Shown: positions 1 to 8,074, counted from the first letter of the stretch. The stretch: DNA of 32,000 nt from Candidatus Iainarchaeum sp. (GCA_028700115.1 JAQVTI010000009.1:1-32000), one strand, 5' to 3'. Notes: generated by a model not told the origin, from the letters alone. Numbers and translations are program-made.

Positions 1-287
1 TACTTTTTAAGAAAAAATGGATTTCAAGAGAAAATTCATTTTTTTATTATAATGAATTAGATAAATTAAATTTTAAATATTTATATTTAAAAAAATATAA
101 TTATAAAAGGAAATATTCAATAAAAGAAATTGATAATATTTTAAAGTCTACTAATATTGTCAAAAATTATTCTTTAAAAGATTATAATTTAATTTTATCA
201 AATTTAGGTTCGACTTTTTTTATAACTCAGGATCCTTATATATTAATTTCAAGTAAATGTGTTAATTTTATTGAAAAAATTATTTGA
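1..287 (+). CDS. hypothetical protein, 3' end only (start upstream of window)
   Basis: Frame 3 is open from position 3 to TGA at 285-287 (95 codons, ...YYNELDKLNFKYLYL...SSKCVNFIEKII*). It is absent from the ORF track because it has no start codon in the window. No recognisable motif. Confidence 0.3.
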   Translation, partial: LFKKKWISRENSFFYYNELDKLNFKYLYLKKYNYKRKYSIKEIDNILKSTNIVKNYSLKDYNLILSNLGSTFFITQDPYILISSKCVNFIEKII

Positions 288-326
288 TATCATCCGTTTT
301 TAAAGGTATTTAGGTATAATTTATAT

Positions 327-560
327 ATGGCTAGACCTAAAAAACTTGAGAAAAACAAGAAGATTTTTGTTCCAATAACCTTGGATAAAAATATATATTT
401 TTACTTAAAAAAACAAGATATTAAGATATCCACCTACATTAACCAAATGCTCAAAGTCGCTTTAAATAAAGAATCTAGAGAAAATGACAATTTTTATGAC
501 CCTAACCTTTCAACCTTGGTAAGGTTGAGGTCGCGGGTTCGACTCCCGCCAGAAGCTTAA
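327..560 (+). CDS. small ribbon-helix-helix/CopG-like DNA-binding protein; ORF tail reads through a tRNA fragment
   Basis: The N-terminal roughly 50 aa (MARPKKLEKNKKIFVPITLDKNIYFYLKKQDIKISTYINQMLKVALNKE) has a basic N-terminus, a beta-strand and two helices, as in RHH repressors. The last roughly 16 codons (..LVRLRSRVRLPPEA) are translation of tRNA-derived DNA. It lies directly upstream of fic. Confidence 0.4.
   Translation: MARPKKLEKNKKIFVPITLDKNIYFYLKKQDIKISTYINQMLKVALNKESRENDNFYDPNLSTLVRLRSRVRLPPEA
511..557 (+). tRNA. tRNA-Thr(GGU) 3' portion only (anticodon arm to acceptor 3' strand); att-type remnant, not an intact gene
   Basis: caacc|ttggtaa|ggttg is an anticodon arm with loop TT-GGT-AA. 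It is followed by variable aggtc, a T-arm gcggg|ttcgact|cccgc, acceptor 3' strand cagaagc and discriminator t. No complementary gcttctg or D-arm occurs in the 180 nt upstream. Confidence 0.55.
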
Positions 561-570
561 TTTTTAAATT

Positions 571-649
571 AAAGTTAGGGTAACATCATTAAATTATTTT
601 GTTACTCCAAAAGTTAGGGTAACATTTTATAAACTGTTTGTTACCCTAA
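571..649. promoter_or_regulatory. operator-like repeat set upstream of fic
   Basis: aaagttagggtaacat occurs as a direct repeat at 571-586 and 610-625. An inverted copy gttaccctaa sits at 640-649, and a partial inverted copy (gttac) at 601-605. All lie in the 95-nt gap between the RHH ORF and the fic start. Confidence 0.45.
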
Positions 650-655
650 ATATAT

Positions 656-1597
656 ATGCCATTAATTAAAAAAAAAGTTAAAAATAAAGAATATTATTAT
701 TTTAGCTTAAGTTTCCGTGTTTTAAACAAAACAAAAAATTTTCGTAAATATATTGGAGCAAATAAACCAAATCCCACAGAACTAAATACTATTGAAGATA
801 ATTTTTGTGATGAAATCATAAAAAAATATTTGCATGATAAATTTGAATCAAAATATTTAACAAAAAAACAATTAATTCAAATTATTTTATTTAACGAAAC
901 ATATTTTAAAAAGTATAATTCTTTATCTCCTACAAAAAGAAGTAAATATGATGTTGATAAAACAGTATTATTTACTTTAACAACATTAACCACAGAAGAA
1001 GTAGATGTTGATATTAAAGATGTGTTAGGTGCTGTAAATAAAAAAGAAAAAGATTTAAACTTAAGAGAACAAATATGTAAAAATATGCTATCTGCTTTAG
1101 AATATATAAAAAACAAAGAAAATCTTAATTTGAATTATATTAGACAAATTCATAAAATTACAATGGCTGATTTTGAAACAAAAAAACCTGGTTTTTTCAG
1201 AGATAAGCAAGTTTATATATATTTGAAACATACAAAAGATATATTAAATGCTGAAATTAAATATAGACCTCCGGAATATGACTTGATTGTAAAAAAGTTA
1301 AAAAAAATAATAGATTGGTATAATAATACAGAAATTAATCCTTTAGAAAAAGCAGTAATTATTCACTTTGAAGTATATAAAATACATCCATTCTTAGATG
1401 GTAACAAAAGAGTGTGTAGGTTATTATTTAATAAAGCATTATTGGATAATGGTTTTCCGTTAATTAATATTTCTGATAAAAAAAATCAATATTTTGATGC
1501 ATTAGTTAATTCTGTAGAAAAAGATGATCCAACTTACCTTGTAAAATTTACACATGAAAAATATCTTAAAGAAATTTTAGATTTTTTAAAATCATAA
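656..1597 (+). CDS. fic: Fic/DOC family protein (AMPylase-type)
   Basis: Fic motif HPFLDGNKRVCRLL matches HxFx(D/E)GN(G/K)RxxR, within a 313-aa ORF. Confidence 0.85.
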   Translation: MPLIKKKVKNKEYYYFSLSFRVLNKTKNFRKYIGANKPNPTELNTIEDNFCDEIIKKYLHDKFESKYLTKKQLIQIILFNETYFKKYNSLSPTKRSKYDVDKTVLFTLTTLTTEEVDVDIKDVLGAVNKKEKDLNLREQICKNMLSALEYIKNKENLNLNYIRQIHKITMADFETKKPGFFRDKQVYIYLKHTKDILNAEIKYRPPEYDLIVKKLKKIIDWYNNTEINPLEKAVIIHFEVYKIHPFLDGNKRVCRLLFNKALLDNGFPLINISDKKNQYFDALVNSVEKDDPTYLVKFTHEKYLKEILDFLKS

Positions 1598-1630
1598 TAT
1601 TATTAATGAGAACTTTTCACTTTTGGTTGA

Positions 1631-1691
1631 GCTGGTTTCGGTCAGCTCGTACCCAATAGCTCGGTTGACGCGCAATGGTTTTGATAATTTA
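1631..1691. other. GC-rich 61-nt segment with hairpin, interrupting an att-like repeat (possible structured RNA or insertion)
   Basis: gagctggtttcggtcagctc forms a 6-bp stem (gagctg/cagctc). The segment is far more GC-rich than its flanks. It separates acttttggtt from aaattcctgccagaag, which are contiguous in the copy at 3783-3810. Confidence 0.3.
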
Positions 1692-1692
1692 A

Positions 1693-1706
1693 ATTCCTGC
1701 CAGAAG
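1693..1706 (+). repeat. degenerate copy B of the tRNA-Thr 3' end (attcctgccagaag)
   Basis: Compare cccgccagaagc at 545-556 and 3798-3809. The T-stem is no longer complementary in this copy. Confidence 0.4.
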
Positions 1707-1779
1707 TTTTGTGCACAAAAAAAAGTAATTTGTGCATTTGAAAGACACATTTAAAAACTTATTCTTTCATATATATAAT

Positions 1780-3042
1780 ATGGAAAAACAATATTTAGAA
1801 CAGATAGTCTTAGATCAAAAAGAAAGGTTATCTAAATTAAAACAAGGATACCTAAGAGATAAACTTTATAATATAGCTGATATAATTAACCACAAAATAA
1901 ATATAGTTGTAACTGGTCATAGAAGAAGTGGTAAATCAACATTTTTATTACAATGGATGAATAAATATTATAATTCTAATTTCTACTATTTAGATTTTTC
2001 AGATGAACGATTAGTTGATTTTAAAACTACTGATTTTCAATTATTATATGAGATATTTTTAGAACATTTTGGAGAAAAGGATATTTTTTATTTTGATGAA
2101 TTGCAAGGAAAAAAATATGATTGGAATAAATTTGTAAATAGATTATATTCAGAAGGTAAAAGATTTTTTATTACAGGATCTAATGCAGATTTATTAAGTA
2201 AAGAAATATCTACTTATTTAACTGGTAGACATTTTGATATAATGTTATTTCCTTTTTCTTTTAAAGAATATTTGGGGTATAATAATTTTAATAAAAATTA
2301 TAAATCAACTACTGGTAAAGTAGAAGTAATAAAATATTTTAATAATTATATTAAACAAGGTGGTTTTCCAGAAGTTATAGTTTATAAAAATATAGATATA
2401 TTGGATAATATTTATCAAGATGTAATAAATAATGATATTTTAACAAGATATAATATAAAAGAAGAAGTTGAATTTAAAAAAATGAGTTTGTTTTTAATAT
2501 CTAATTTTTCAAGAGAGTTTTCATATACTTCTTTAAAAAATAATTTTAATTTAGGTAGCACTCATACAGCTAAAAAATATGTTTCTTATTTAATAAACTC
2601 ATATTTATTATTTGAATTACCAAAATATGATTATTCTTTAAAAAAACAAGAAACTTATGCTAAAAAAATATACGCAATAGATACTGGACTTATAAATAAG
2701 ATTGCTTTTGGTTTTTCTGAAAATATAGGTAGACTGTATGAAAATTTAGTATTTATTGAACTAAAAAGAAGAAATAAAAACATTTATTTTTGGAAAGATA
2801 AACTTGATCATGAAGTTGATTTTATGACTGTAGAAAAAAATAAAGTAATTTCTTTAATTCAAGTAACTTATGATCTAAGTAATTTAAAGACTAAAGAAAG
2901 AGAAATAAAAGGTTTGCTTTCTGGGTTAGATGAATTTAAATTAAAATCAGGAATAATTATAACTAAAGATTTAGAAAAAGAAGAAAAAATAGATGGAAAA
3001 ATAATAAAATATATACCTTTATGGAAATGGTTGTTAGAATAA
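1780..3042 (+). CDS. AAA+ ATPase, AAA_14/DUF4143 family (paralog 1)
   Basis: Walker A-type TGHRRSGKST and Walker B-like IFYFDELQ. ATG at 1780 is preferred over the track start at 1732 because paralog 17885-19144 begins MDKDYLERIILDQ versus MEKQYLEQIVLDQ here. The C-terminal third is nearly identical between the paralogs. Confidence 0.8.
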   Translation: MEKQYLEQIVLDQKERLSKLKQGYLRDKLYNIADIINHKINIVVTGHRRSGKSTFLLQWMNKYYNSNFYYLDFSDERLVDFKTTDFQLLYEIFLEHFGEKDIFYFDELQGKKYDWNKFVNRLYSEGKRFFITGSNADLLSKEISTYLTGRHFDIMLFPFSFKEYLGYNNFNKNYKSTTGKVEVIKYFNNYIKQGGFPEVIVYKNIDILDNIYQDVINNDILTRYNIKEEVEFKKMSLFLISNFSREFSYTSLKNNFNLGSTHTAKKYVSYLINSYLLFELPKYDYSLKKQETYAKKIYAIDTGLINKIAFGFSENIGRLYENLVFIELKRRNKNIYFWKDKLDHEVDFMTVEKNKVISLIQVTYDLSNLKTKEREIKGLLSGLDEFKLKSGIIITKDLEKEEKIDGKIIKYIPLWKWLLE

Positions 3043-3044
3043 TT

Positions 3045-3767
3045 ATGGACTATAATAAAGTATATAAAAATTATATAAAAAAATCAAATGATTTTACTTA
3101 TATATTTGATAAAACATATTTAAAAGAATTTGAAAATTTAAAAAATAAAAATATTTTAGATATTGGTTGTGGAGAAGGTAGATTTGCTTTTACTTGTTCT
3201 AAAAAAGGTGTTAAAATAGATGCTATAGATGTTAGTTCTAAATTAATAGATTTTGCAAAAGAATATAATTATTCAAAAAATATTAATTATTATACTTTAG
3301 ATTTTGGAAATGTTGATATAAATTAATTTAAATCTAAAAAATATGATTTTATTGTAATAAATATGGTTTTATTAAATATTTTTTCTGAAAAAAAGGTAAA
3401 TAATATTTTTGAAAAATGTTATAAATTACTTAATAAGAATGGAATATTTGCATTTTCTGATTTAAATCCTATCTGTAAGGCTTGTAATGAAAGTTATCCT
3501 CATAGAGTAAATATTTTTCCTAAAACTTTTAGTTATTATAAAAAAGGATCTAAATATAGTGCTATATTAAAGTTTAATTTTAAAAAAATAGAGTTTAAAA
3601 ATAAACATTGGAGATTATAAGATTATACTAATTTTTTAGTAAAAAATAATATGTATATTTATAAAATAATTGAACCAATCTATTCTAATACAAATAAAAT
3701 TAATAGTTATTTAAAAAATATAAAATTTCCTGAATTTATAATTTTTTTTTCTAAAAAGTTAAAATAA
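3045..3767 (+). pseudogene. class I SAM-dependent methyltransferase interrupted by two in-frame TAA codons
   Basis: Motif I ILDIGCGEGRF. Track ORFs 3021-3326 and 3363-3620 and the following 3621-3767 are all in one frame. Methyltransferase-like sequence continues across TAA 3324-3326 (..NVDIN*FKSKKYDFIVINMVLL..) and TAA 3618-3620 (..KHWRL*DYTNFLVKNNMYIYKIIEP..PEFIIFFSKKLK*). Confidence 0.6.
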
Positions 3768-3788
3768 AAAAGAGCGCTTTTAACTTTT

Positions 3789-3810
3789 GGTTCAATTCCC
3801 GCCAGAAGCT
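3789..3810 (+). repeat. degenerate copy C of the tRNA-Thr 3' end (ggttcaattcccgccagaagct)
   Basis: 21 of 24 positions are identical to 535-558 (gggttcgactcccgccagaagctt). There is no functional T-stem and no upstream tRNA body. Confidence 0.45.
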
Positions 3811-4016
3811 TTTAATTTAGGTTTTTACTTTTTGTTGGCATATTATAAAGTGCCAGATCACATTATATTTGTATGTTTATAAACTACCAATTTATAAATA
3901 TTTTTTTTCATATATATAATATGAAAAAAGATTTAAATATTAAAATTTAATTTATAACAAGTTTTAAATATCCTTTTTACTTATTATTTTTAATATAATA
4001 TTTAAAATAGACAAAT

Positions 4017-4511
4017 ATGTTTCCAAATTTGAAAAATAAACATCTAAATGATTCTTTTTTTACTGCAAAAGATATAATTAAATATCTTAAAAAAAATAAA
4101 GTTTATCCTAAGTTTGAAATTCCAAAAGCTGTTATTTTTTGTTATGATAGATCTTTCTTTAATGATTTATTAAAAAAAGAAAAGCTTACTAAGACTAATT
4201 TTTATAATTTATATTTAATTAATAATACAAATAATAAGATAGGTATAATAGGTGGATTTGGAATAGGTGCTCCAAGTGTTGTTAGACTATTTGAAGAATT
4301 AATTGCTTTGGGTATTAAGAAATTTGTAAGTTTTGGAACATCTGGAACTCTTCAAAAAGATATTAATGTTGGAGATTTAGTTATTTGTAATAGAGCTATT
4401 AGAGATGAAGGGGTTTCTCATCATTATATTAAATCTTCAAAATATGCTTTTTCTTCTGATAAACTTTTAAAAAAAGCAAAAAATATATTTGATAAAAAAG
4501 CAAAAAAATAG
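4017..4511 (+). pseudogene. nucleoside phosphorylase (PNP/UDP family), C-terminally truncated
   Basis: GIIGGFGIGAPSVVRLFEELIALGIKKFVSFGTSGTL...VGDLVICNRAIRDEGVSHHY matches the PNP_UDP_1 core. The ORF stops about 30 aa after RDEG, where family members continue for roughly 100 aa or more (length recalled from memory). Confidence 0.5.
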
Positions 4512-4746
4512 AGTATGATTTTGATATCTTTTTTAACAAATTATTAAAAAATAACTAAAATTTAAGGATATATTGTATGAAAATAAGGTTTTTTATATTT
4601 TCCAATAGTTATATTAACTTTTGTTGTTTTTCGGTTTATTTTTTTTTTTTGATAATTTTAAGGTTTTTGAATAGATTTTAACGCTTTTGTTGTAATTTAG
4701 TAAGGTTTATAAACTTATTTAAAATAATATATATTGGAGTAGTTTA

Positions 4747-4878
4747 ATGGAAAAAATTAATCAACAAGTTAGTCAACAAATTAATATAGATAAATTATTT
4801 GTAATTAAAAAATTACCCATAACATCAAAAGAAAAAAATGGGATCTTTGAAGCATGGGTTGAATCCAGTGATTTGTAG
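4747..4878 (+). CDS. candidate precursor peptide of cluster 1 (43 aa)
   Basis: Hand translation gives MEKINQQVSQQINIDKLFVIKKLPITSKEKNGIFEAWVESSDL*. A tggag motif lies 9 nt upstream of the ATG, and the stop lies 6 nt before the PqqD-like gene. Not in the ORF track (too short). Confidence 0.5.
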   Translation: MEKINQQVSQQINIDKLFVIKKLPITSKEKNGIFEAWVESSDL

Positions 4879-4884
4879 ATTTAA

Positions 4885-5136
4885 ATGAAAAAAATTATTT
4901 TTAATAATAGAGAATATTGGTATAGGCAAGAAAAAGAAGATGTTTATATCTTATTTGAAAAAACTAACTATTTTTATCTTGTAAATATGATTATTATTGA
5001 TGTAATAGAGTATTTAGCTAATAATAAAAGTTTATTAGAGATTACAGAAATTATTAATAAAAAATATCATATTAATATAACTGTAGATTTTTTAGTCACA
5101 AAATTAAAAAATATTGAGGGTATTATTAATGAGTAA
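4885..5136 (+). CDS. PqqD-like peptide chaperone (RiPP recognition element)
   Basis: 83 aa. The pattern ..VYILFEKTNYFYLVNMIIIDVIEYLANNKSLLEITEIINKKYHINITVDFLVTKLKNIEGII fits the PqqD strand plus winged-helix layout. Its end overlaps the start of a radical-SAM/SPASM gene. Confidence 0.6.
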   Translation: MKKIIFNNREYWYRQEKEDVYILFEKTNYFYLVNMIIIDVIEYLANNKSLLEITEIINKKYHINITVDFLVTKLKNIEGIINE

Positions 5137-6118
5137 CTATTTTAGAACCCCTTTATTTCCTAGTATTGATCTTAGTACAAAATGTAATCTTAGTTGTATT
5201 CATTGTAGAAATAACAAAAATAAAATAAGTAAAATTCCTTTTAAAAAAGTTATAGAACTATTAGATGAATTTGAATCTTTGGAAGTATTTCATTTAGCTT
5301 TTGCTGGTGGAGAACCATTTTTATTTCCTAAAATTTATGATGTATTAGAATATAGTCAAAAATTAAATGTGCCCAAGGTGACTATCGTAACTAATTGTAC
5401 ATTTATAAATAAAGATAGAATTGATAAATTAGATAATAATAAAATTAGGTTTGCTGTTAGTTTAGATGGACCAAAAGAAATACACAACTTTATTAGAAAT
5501 GCAGATGTATTTGATAAAGTAATAGATAATATTAAATATTTAGTTTCAAAAGGTTTTTTTGTTATGCTAAATTGTACTTTAATGAAATATAATTATAAAT
5601 ATTTCGATGAGATTATCAAAATTGCTAAAAATTTAAAAGTTAATCAAATTAATTTTTCAAAAGTATTTCCTGTACATTCTGAGATTATTAAATTTATGCT
5701 TTCAAAAGAAGAATTAGATGAGTTATATGAAAACTATAGAAAATATTCTGGTGAAGATAGTTTAGTTATATTCTTAGATAAAGGGTATATGGGTTTTCCT
5801 GATGCATATGATTCTGATATTGCATTTTCTATGGGTTGTAGAGCGGGTATTTCTCAAATAAATGTAATGTCGGATGGTTCTGTTGTAGGTTGTAAATTAT
5901 TACCGGATGTTTGTGCTGGAAATATTTATAAAAATACAATTAAAGAAATATGGGATGATAATAATAATTGGAAGTTATTCCGAAATGTTATACAAAATAT
6001 TAATAGTGATACTTGTAAAAAATGTGATTATTTTTATGCTTGTAAAGGTGGATGTAGAGCATTTGCTTATTATATGACTGGAGATATAAATGGTAAGGAT
6101 CCTTTATGTCCACTATAA
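5129..6118 (+). CDS. radical SAM enzyme with SPASM domain (PqqE/MftC-like peptide maturase)
   Basis: CNLSCIHC (CX3CX2C), GGEPFL, and C-terminal GCRAG...VGC...CKKCDYFYACKGGCRAFAY. ATG 5129 with gaggg 8 nt upstream is preferred over the TTG at 5114. Confidence 0.85.
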   Translation: MSNYFRTPLFPSIDLSTKCNLSCIHCRNNKNKISKIPFKKVIELLDEFESLEVFHLAFAGGEPFLFPKIYDVLEYSQKLNVPKVTIVTNCTFINKDRIDKLDNNKIRFAVSLDGPKEIHNFIRNADVFDKVIDNIKYLVSKGFFVMLNCTLMKYNYKYFDEIIKIAKNLKVNQINFSKVFPVHSEIIKFMLSKEELDELYENYRKYSGEDSLVIFLDKGYMGFPDAYDSDIAFSMGCRAGISQINVMSDGSVVGCKLLPDVCAGNIYKNTIKEIWDDNNNWKLFRNVIQNINSDTCKKCDYFYACKGGCRAFAYYMTGDINGKDPLCPL

Positions 6119-7747
6119 ATGATTACTATGAAAACTATTAGTGAGATAATTATAGAATTTATTAAATTTTTAAAAATTGATACTATATTTGGAATTCCTG
6201 GTTCTAATCTAGATTTTTTAAAGTATTTGTCAGAAGATAAAGTAATAAAATTTATTGTAAATAAAGATGAAAAAAATTCGCCTTATATGGCTATGGGGTA
6301 TACTAAATCATCTAATAAAATTAGTTGTTGTTTTGGTAGTGTAGGTGCAGGAGTTTTTAATTTAATTCCTGGCACAATATCTGCTTATTATGAATCTGTT
6401 CCTTTATTAATAATCGGTGGGCAGACTAATTTAAAAAATAAAGGTAAAAATACTTTTCAAGAGGCCTCTGGATGTGCTAGAAGTGTAAGTCAGTTAAATG
6501 AATTTAAAAAAATAACTTTGTACAATTGTATTTTAAATGAAAAAAAATTGTTCCAACAATTAGAAAAAGTATTTTTTAGTTTAAATGATTTTAGATCTGG
6601 TCCGGTATATATTGAATTTCCATCAGAACTTATGAATTTAAAAATTAATTTTAATAAAAAAATATTTTGTAATATGAAAATTAATTTTAATAGATATAGA
6701 TTAGATAAAATTAAATTATATGATGAATCAAAAAAAGTTAATCAATTAATTATTGATTTAAATAAATCTAAAAAACCAGTTATATTAATTGGTAATGGTG
6801 TTAAAGATTCAAAAGAAATTATTAAATTATCATCTAAATTTAGAATTCCTATTTTTTCTACATTTAAAGGAAAAGATAGGGTTACAAATAATTTTAAGTA
6901 TTATATGGGTTGTTTAGGATTAATTGGTAGTTCTATTGGTAATAATTATTTTAAAGAAAGTGATTTGTTAATATCTATTGGATCTAGTTTAAGTCAGTTT
7001 ACTACGGATAATTGGAAATTAATTGATAATAAAAATATTTATAGAATAGACACTATTAATGATGATATAACCAAACATAAGGGGATTGTAATTAAATCAG
7101 ATTATTCTGATGTTTTTAAAAAACTTTTAAGTTCTGATTACAAAGGAAATAATAATATTGTTGAATTAAAACAAAGTATTGATAATGAATTAAATAAATT
7201 TAATAGCCCTAAAATAAATTTAATAAGAAAATTAAGGACTAGTTTATCAAAAGACTCTATAATAGTTACTGAAGATATTTTTTTAATTGGTAAGTATTTT
7301 AAATTTTATAAAAATGATATTAATTTAAATTTTACAAATATTGCTCCTATTGGGTGTGCCTTATCTGGAGGCATAGGGGCTCAAATAGCAAATTCTAAAA
7401 AAAAAGTTATTGTAATTTTGGGGGATGGAGGATTTAACATGAATATTTCTGAATTAAATACAATTATGAATTATAAAATCCCTTTAAAAATTATATTAAT
7501 TAATAATAATGGTTATGGTATAGTGTATAAATCACAAATACATAAATTTAAAAATAATTTTTATACTCAATTTAAAAATCCAGATTATTTTAAATTAAGT
7601 CAATCATACAATTTTACTGCATATAATATAAATAATGTTTTTAAATTATCATTAAAAAAACTTAAAAAAATAATTAATTCAAATAAAACGGAATTAATAA
7701 ATGTAAAAGTAGATATTGACGAAAAAATAGGAATTAAAATATATTAA
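6119..7747 (+). CDS. thiamine-diphosphate-dependent enzyme, acetolactate-synthase-like three-domain architecture
   Basis: N-domain IDTIFGIPGSNLDFL...DEKNSPYMAMGY...VPLLIIGGQ, middle domain KPVILIGNGV, and ThDP-binding GDGGFNMNISELNTIMNYKIPLKIILINNNGYG. Confidence 0.8.
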   Translation: MITMKTISEIIIEFIKFLKIDTIFGIPGSNLDFLKYLSEDKVIKFIVNKDEKNSPYMAMGYTKSSNKISCCFGSVGAGVFNLIPGTISAYYESVPLLIIGGQTNLKNKGKNTFQEASGCARSVSQLNEFKKITLYNCILNEKKLFQQLEKVFFSLNDFRSGPVYIEFPSELMNLKINFNKKIFCNMKINFNRYRLDKIKLYDESKKVNQLIIDLNKSKKPVILIGNGVKDSKEIIKLSSKFRIPIFSTFKGKDRVTNNFKYYMGCLGLIGSSIGNNYFKESDLLISIGSSLSQFTTDNWKLIDNKNIYRIDTINDDITKHKGIVIKSDYSDVFKKLLSSDYKGNNNIVELKQSIDNELNKFNSPKINLIRKLRTSLSKDSIIVTEDIFLIGKYFKFYKNDINLNFTNIAPIGCALSGGIGAQIANSKKKVIVILGDGGFNMNISELNTIMNYKIPLKIILINNNGYGIVYKSQIHKFKNNFYTQFKNPDYFKLSQSYNFTAYNINNVFKLSLKKLKKIINSNKTELINVKVDIDEKIGIKIY

Positions 7748-7759
7748 ATAAGTGATTTT

Positions 7760-8074
7760 ATGAAATATGGTATTGAGTATATAGTTAAAAAAGATTTCTT
7801 AGGTACTATTAAAATTATAAAGAATAGATCTGATTTTAATAAAGTTAATGAAAATGATATTATTTTATTATTAAACACAAGTCCTGATGTTATTTTGTTA
7901 TTTAATAAAATTAAAGGTGTTATTATTGAAATAGGAGGCCAAACATCACATTTAACAATTATTGCAAGAGAGAGTAATATGCCTCTAATTAGATTAAATA
8001 ACGCTAAAGAAATAATTACAGATGGCGATTTTGTAAAAGTAGTTGAGGGTAATATTTATGTTAATGAAAATTGA
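7760..8074 (+). CDS. stand-alone PEP-utilising enzyme mobile (phosphohistidine swivel) domain protein
   Basis: DIILLLNTSPDVILLFNKIKGVIIEIGGQTSHLTIIARESNMPLI...DGDFVKV matches the GGxTSHxxIxARExxxP swivel-domain signature. Confidence 0.8.
   Translation: MKYGIEYIVKKDFLGTIKIIKNRSDFNKVNENDIILLLNTSPDVILLFNKIKGVIIEIGGQTSHLTIIARESNMPLIRLNNAKEIITDGDFVKVVEGNIYVNEN

Noticed and set aside
470-560. Intact tRNA-Thr gene, or a Nanoarchaeum-style split-tRNA half
   Set aside because: No 5' acceptor strand (gcttctg) or D-arm lies upstream. The fragment includes the whole anticodon arm, so it does not match the classical 37/38 split. The two further decayed copies favour att-site remnants.
877-1116. Track ORFs antisense to well-supported genes: 877-1116, 9205-9477, 12025-12258, 12231-12569, 12738-12977, 19545-19760, 21731-21934, 25942-26283, 27906-28103
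   Set aside because: Each lies wholly inside a longer ORF on the opposite strand, or in another frame, that carries clear family motifs. Their products are low-complexity F/L/S/I-rich strings typical of shadow ORFs in AT-rich DNA.
1598-1700. C/D-box sRNA or tRNA in the GC-rich patch
   Set aside because: aatgaga and ttga only approximate the C (RUGAUGA) and D (CUGA) boxes. No cloverleaf could be folded on either strand. It is kept only as an unexplained structured segment.
3324-3620. Stop-codon reassignment or readthrough explaining the in-frame TAA codons in the methyltransferase
   Set aside because: TAA is the terminator of most clearly delimited genes in the window (for example 3040-3042, 6116-6118, 7745-7747), so reassignment is not credible. 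A pseudogene is simpler.
3906-3923. 18-nt identity (tttcatatatataatatg) with the promoter/start of the ATPase gene at 1765-1782, as a relic of a deleted third ATPase copy
   Set aside because: The match is mostly (TA)n low-complexity sequence, and the following ORF is only 9 codons. This is too weak to call.
4577-4681. 34-codon hydrophobic ORF (MKIRFFIFSNSYINFCCFSVYFFFLIILRFLNRF) upstream of cluster 1
   Set aside because: It runs through a T12 homopolymer (4639-4650), has no ribosome-binding site, and has a composition expected from T-rich intergenic DNA.
6119-8074. Phosphonate biosynthesis (ThDP decarboxylase plus PEP-related domain)
   Set aside because: The PEP-related gene is a phosphohistidine swivel domain, not a PEP mutase. 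The ThDP enzyme has the three-domain ALS layout and not the short phosphonopyruvate decarboxylase form.
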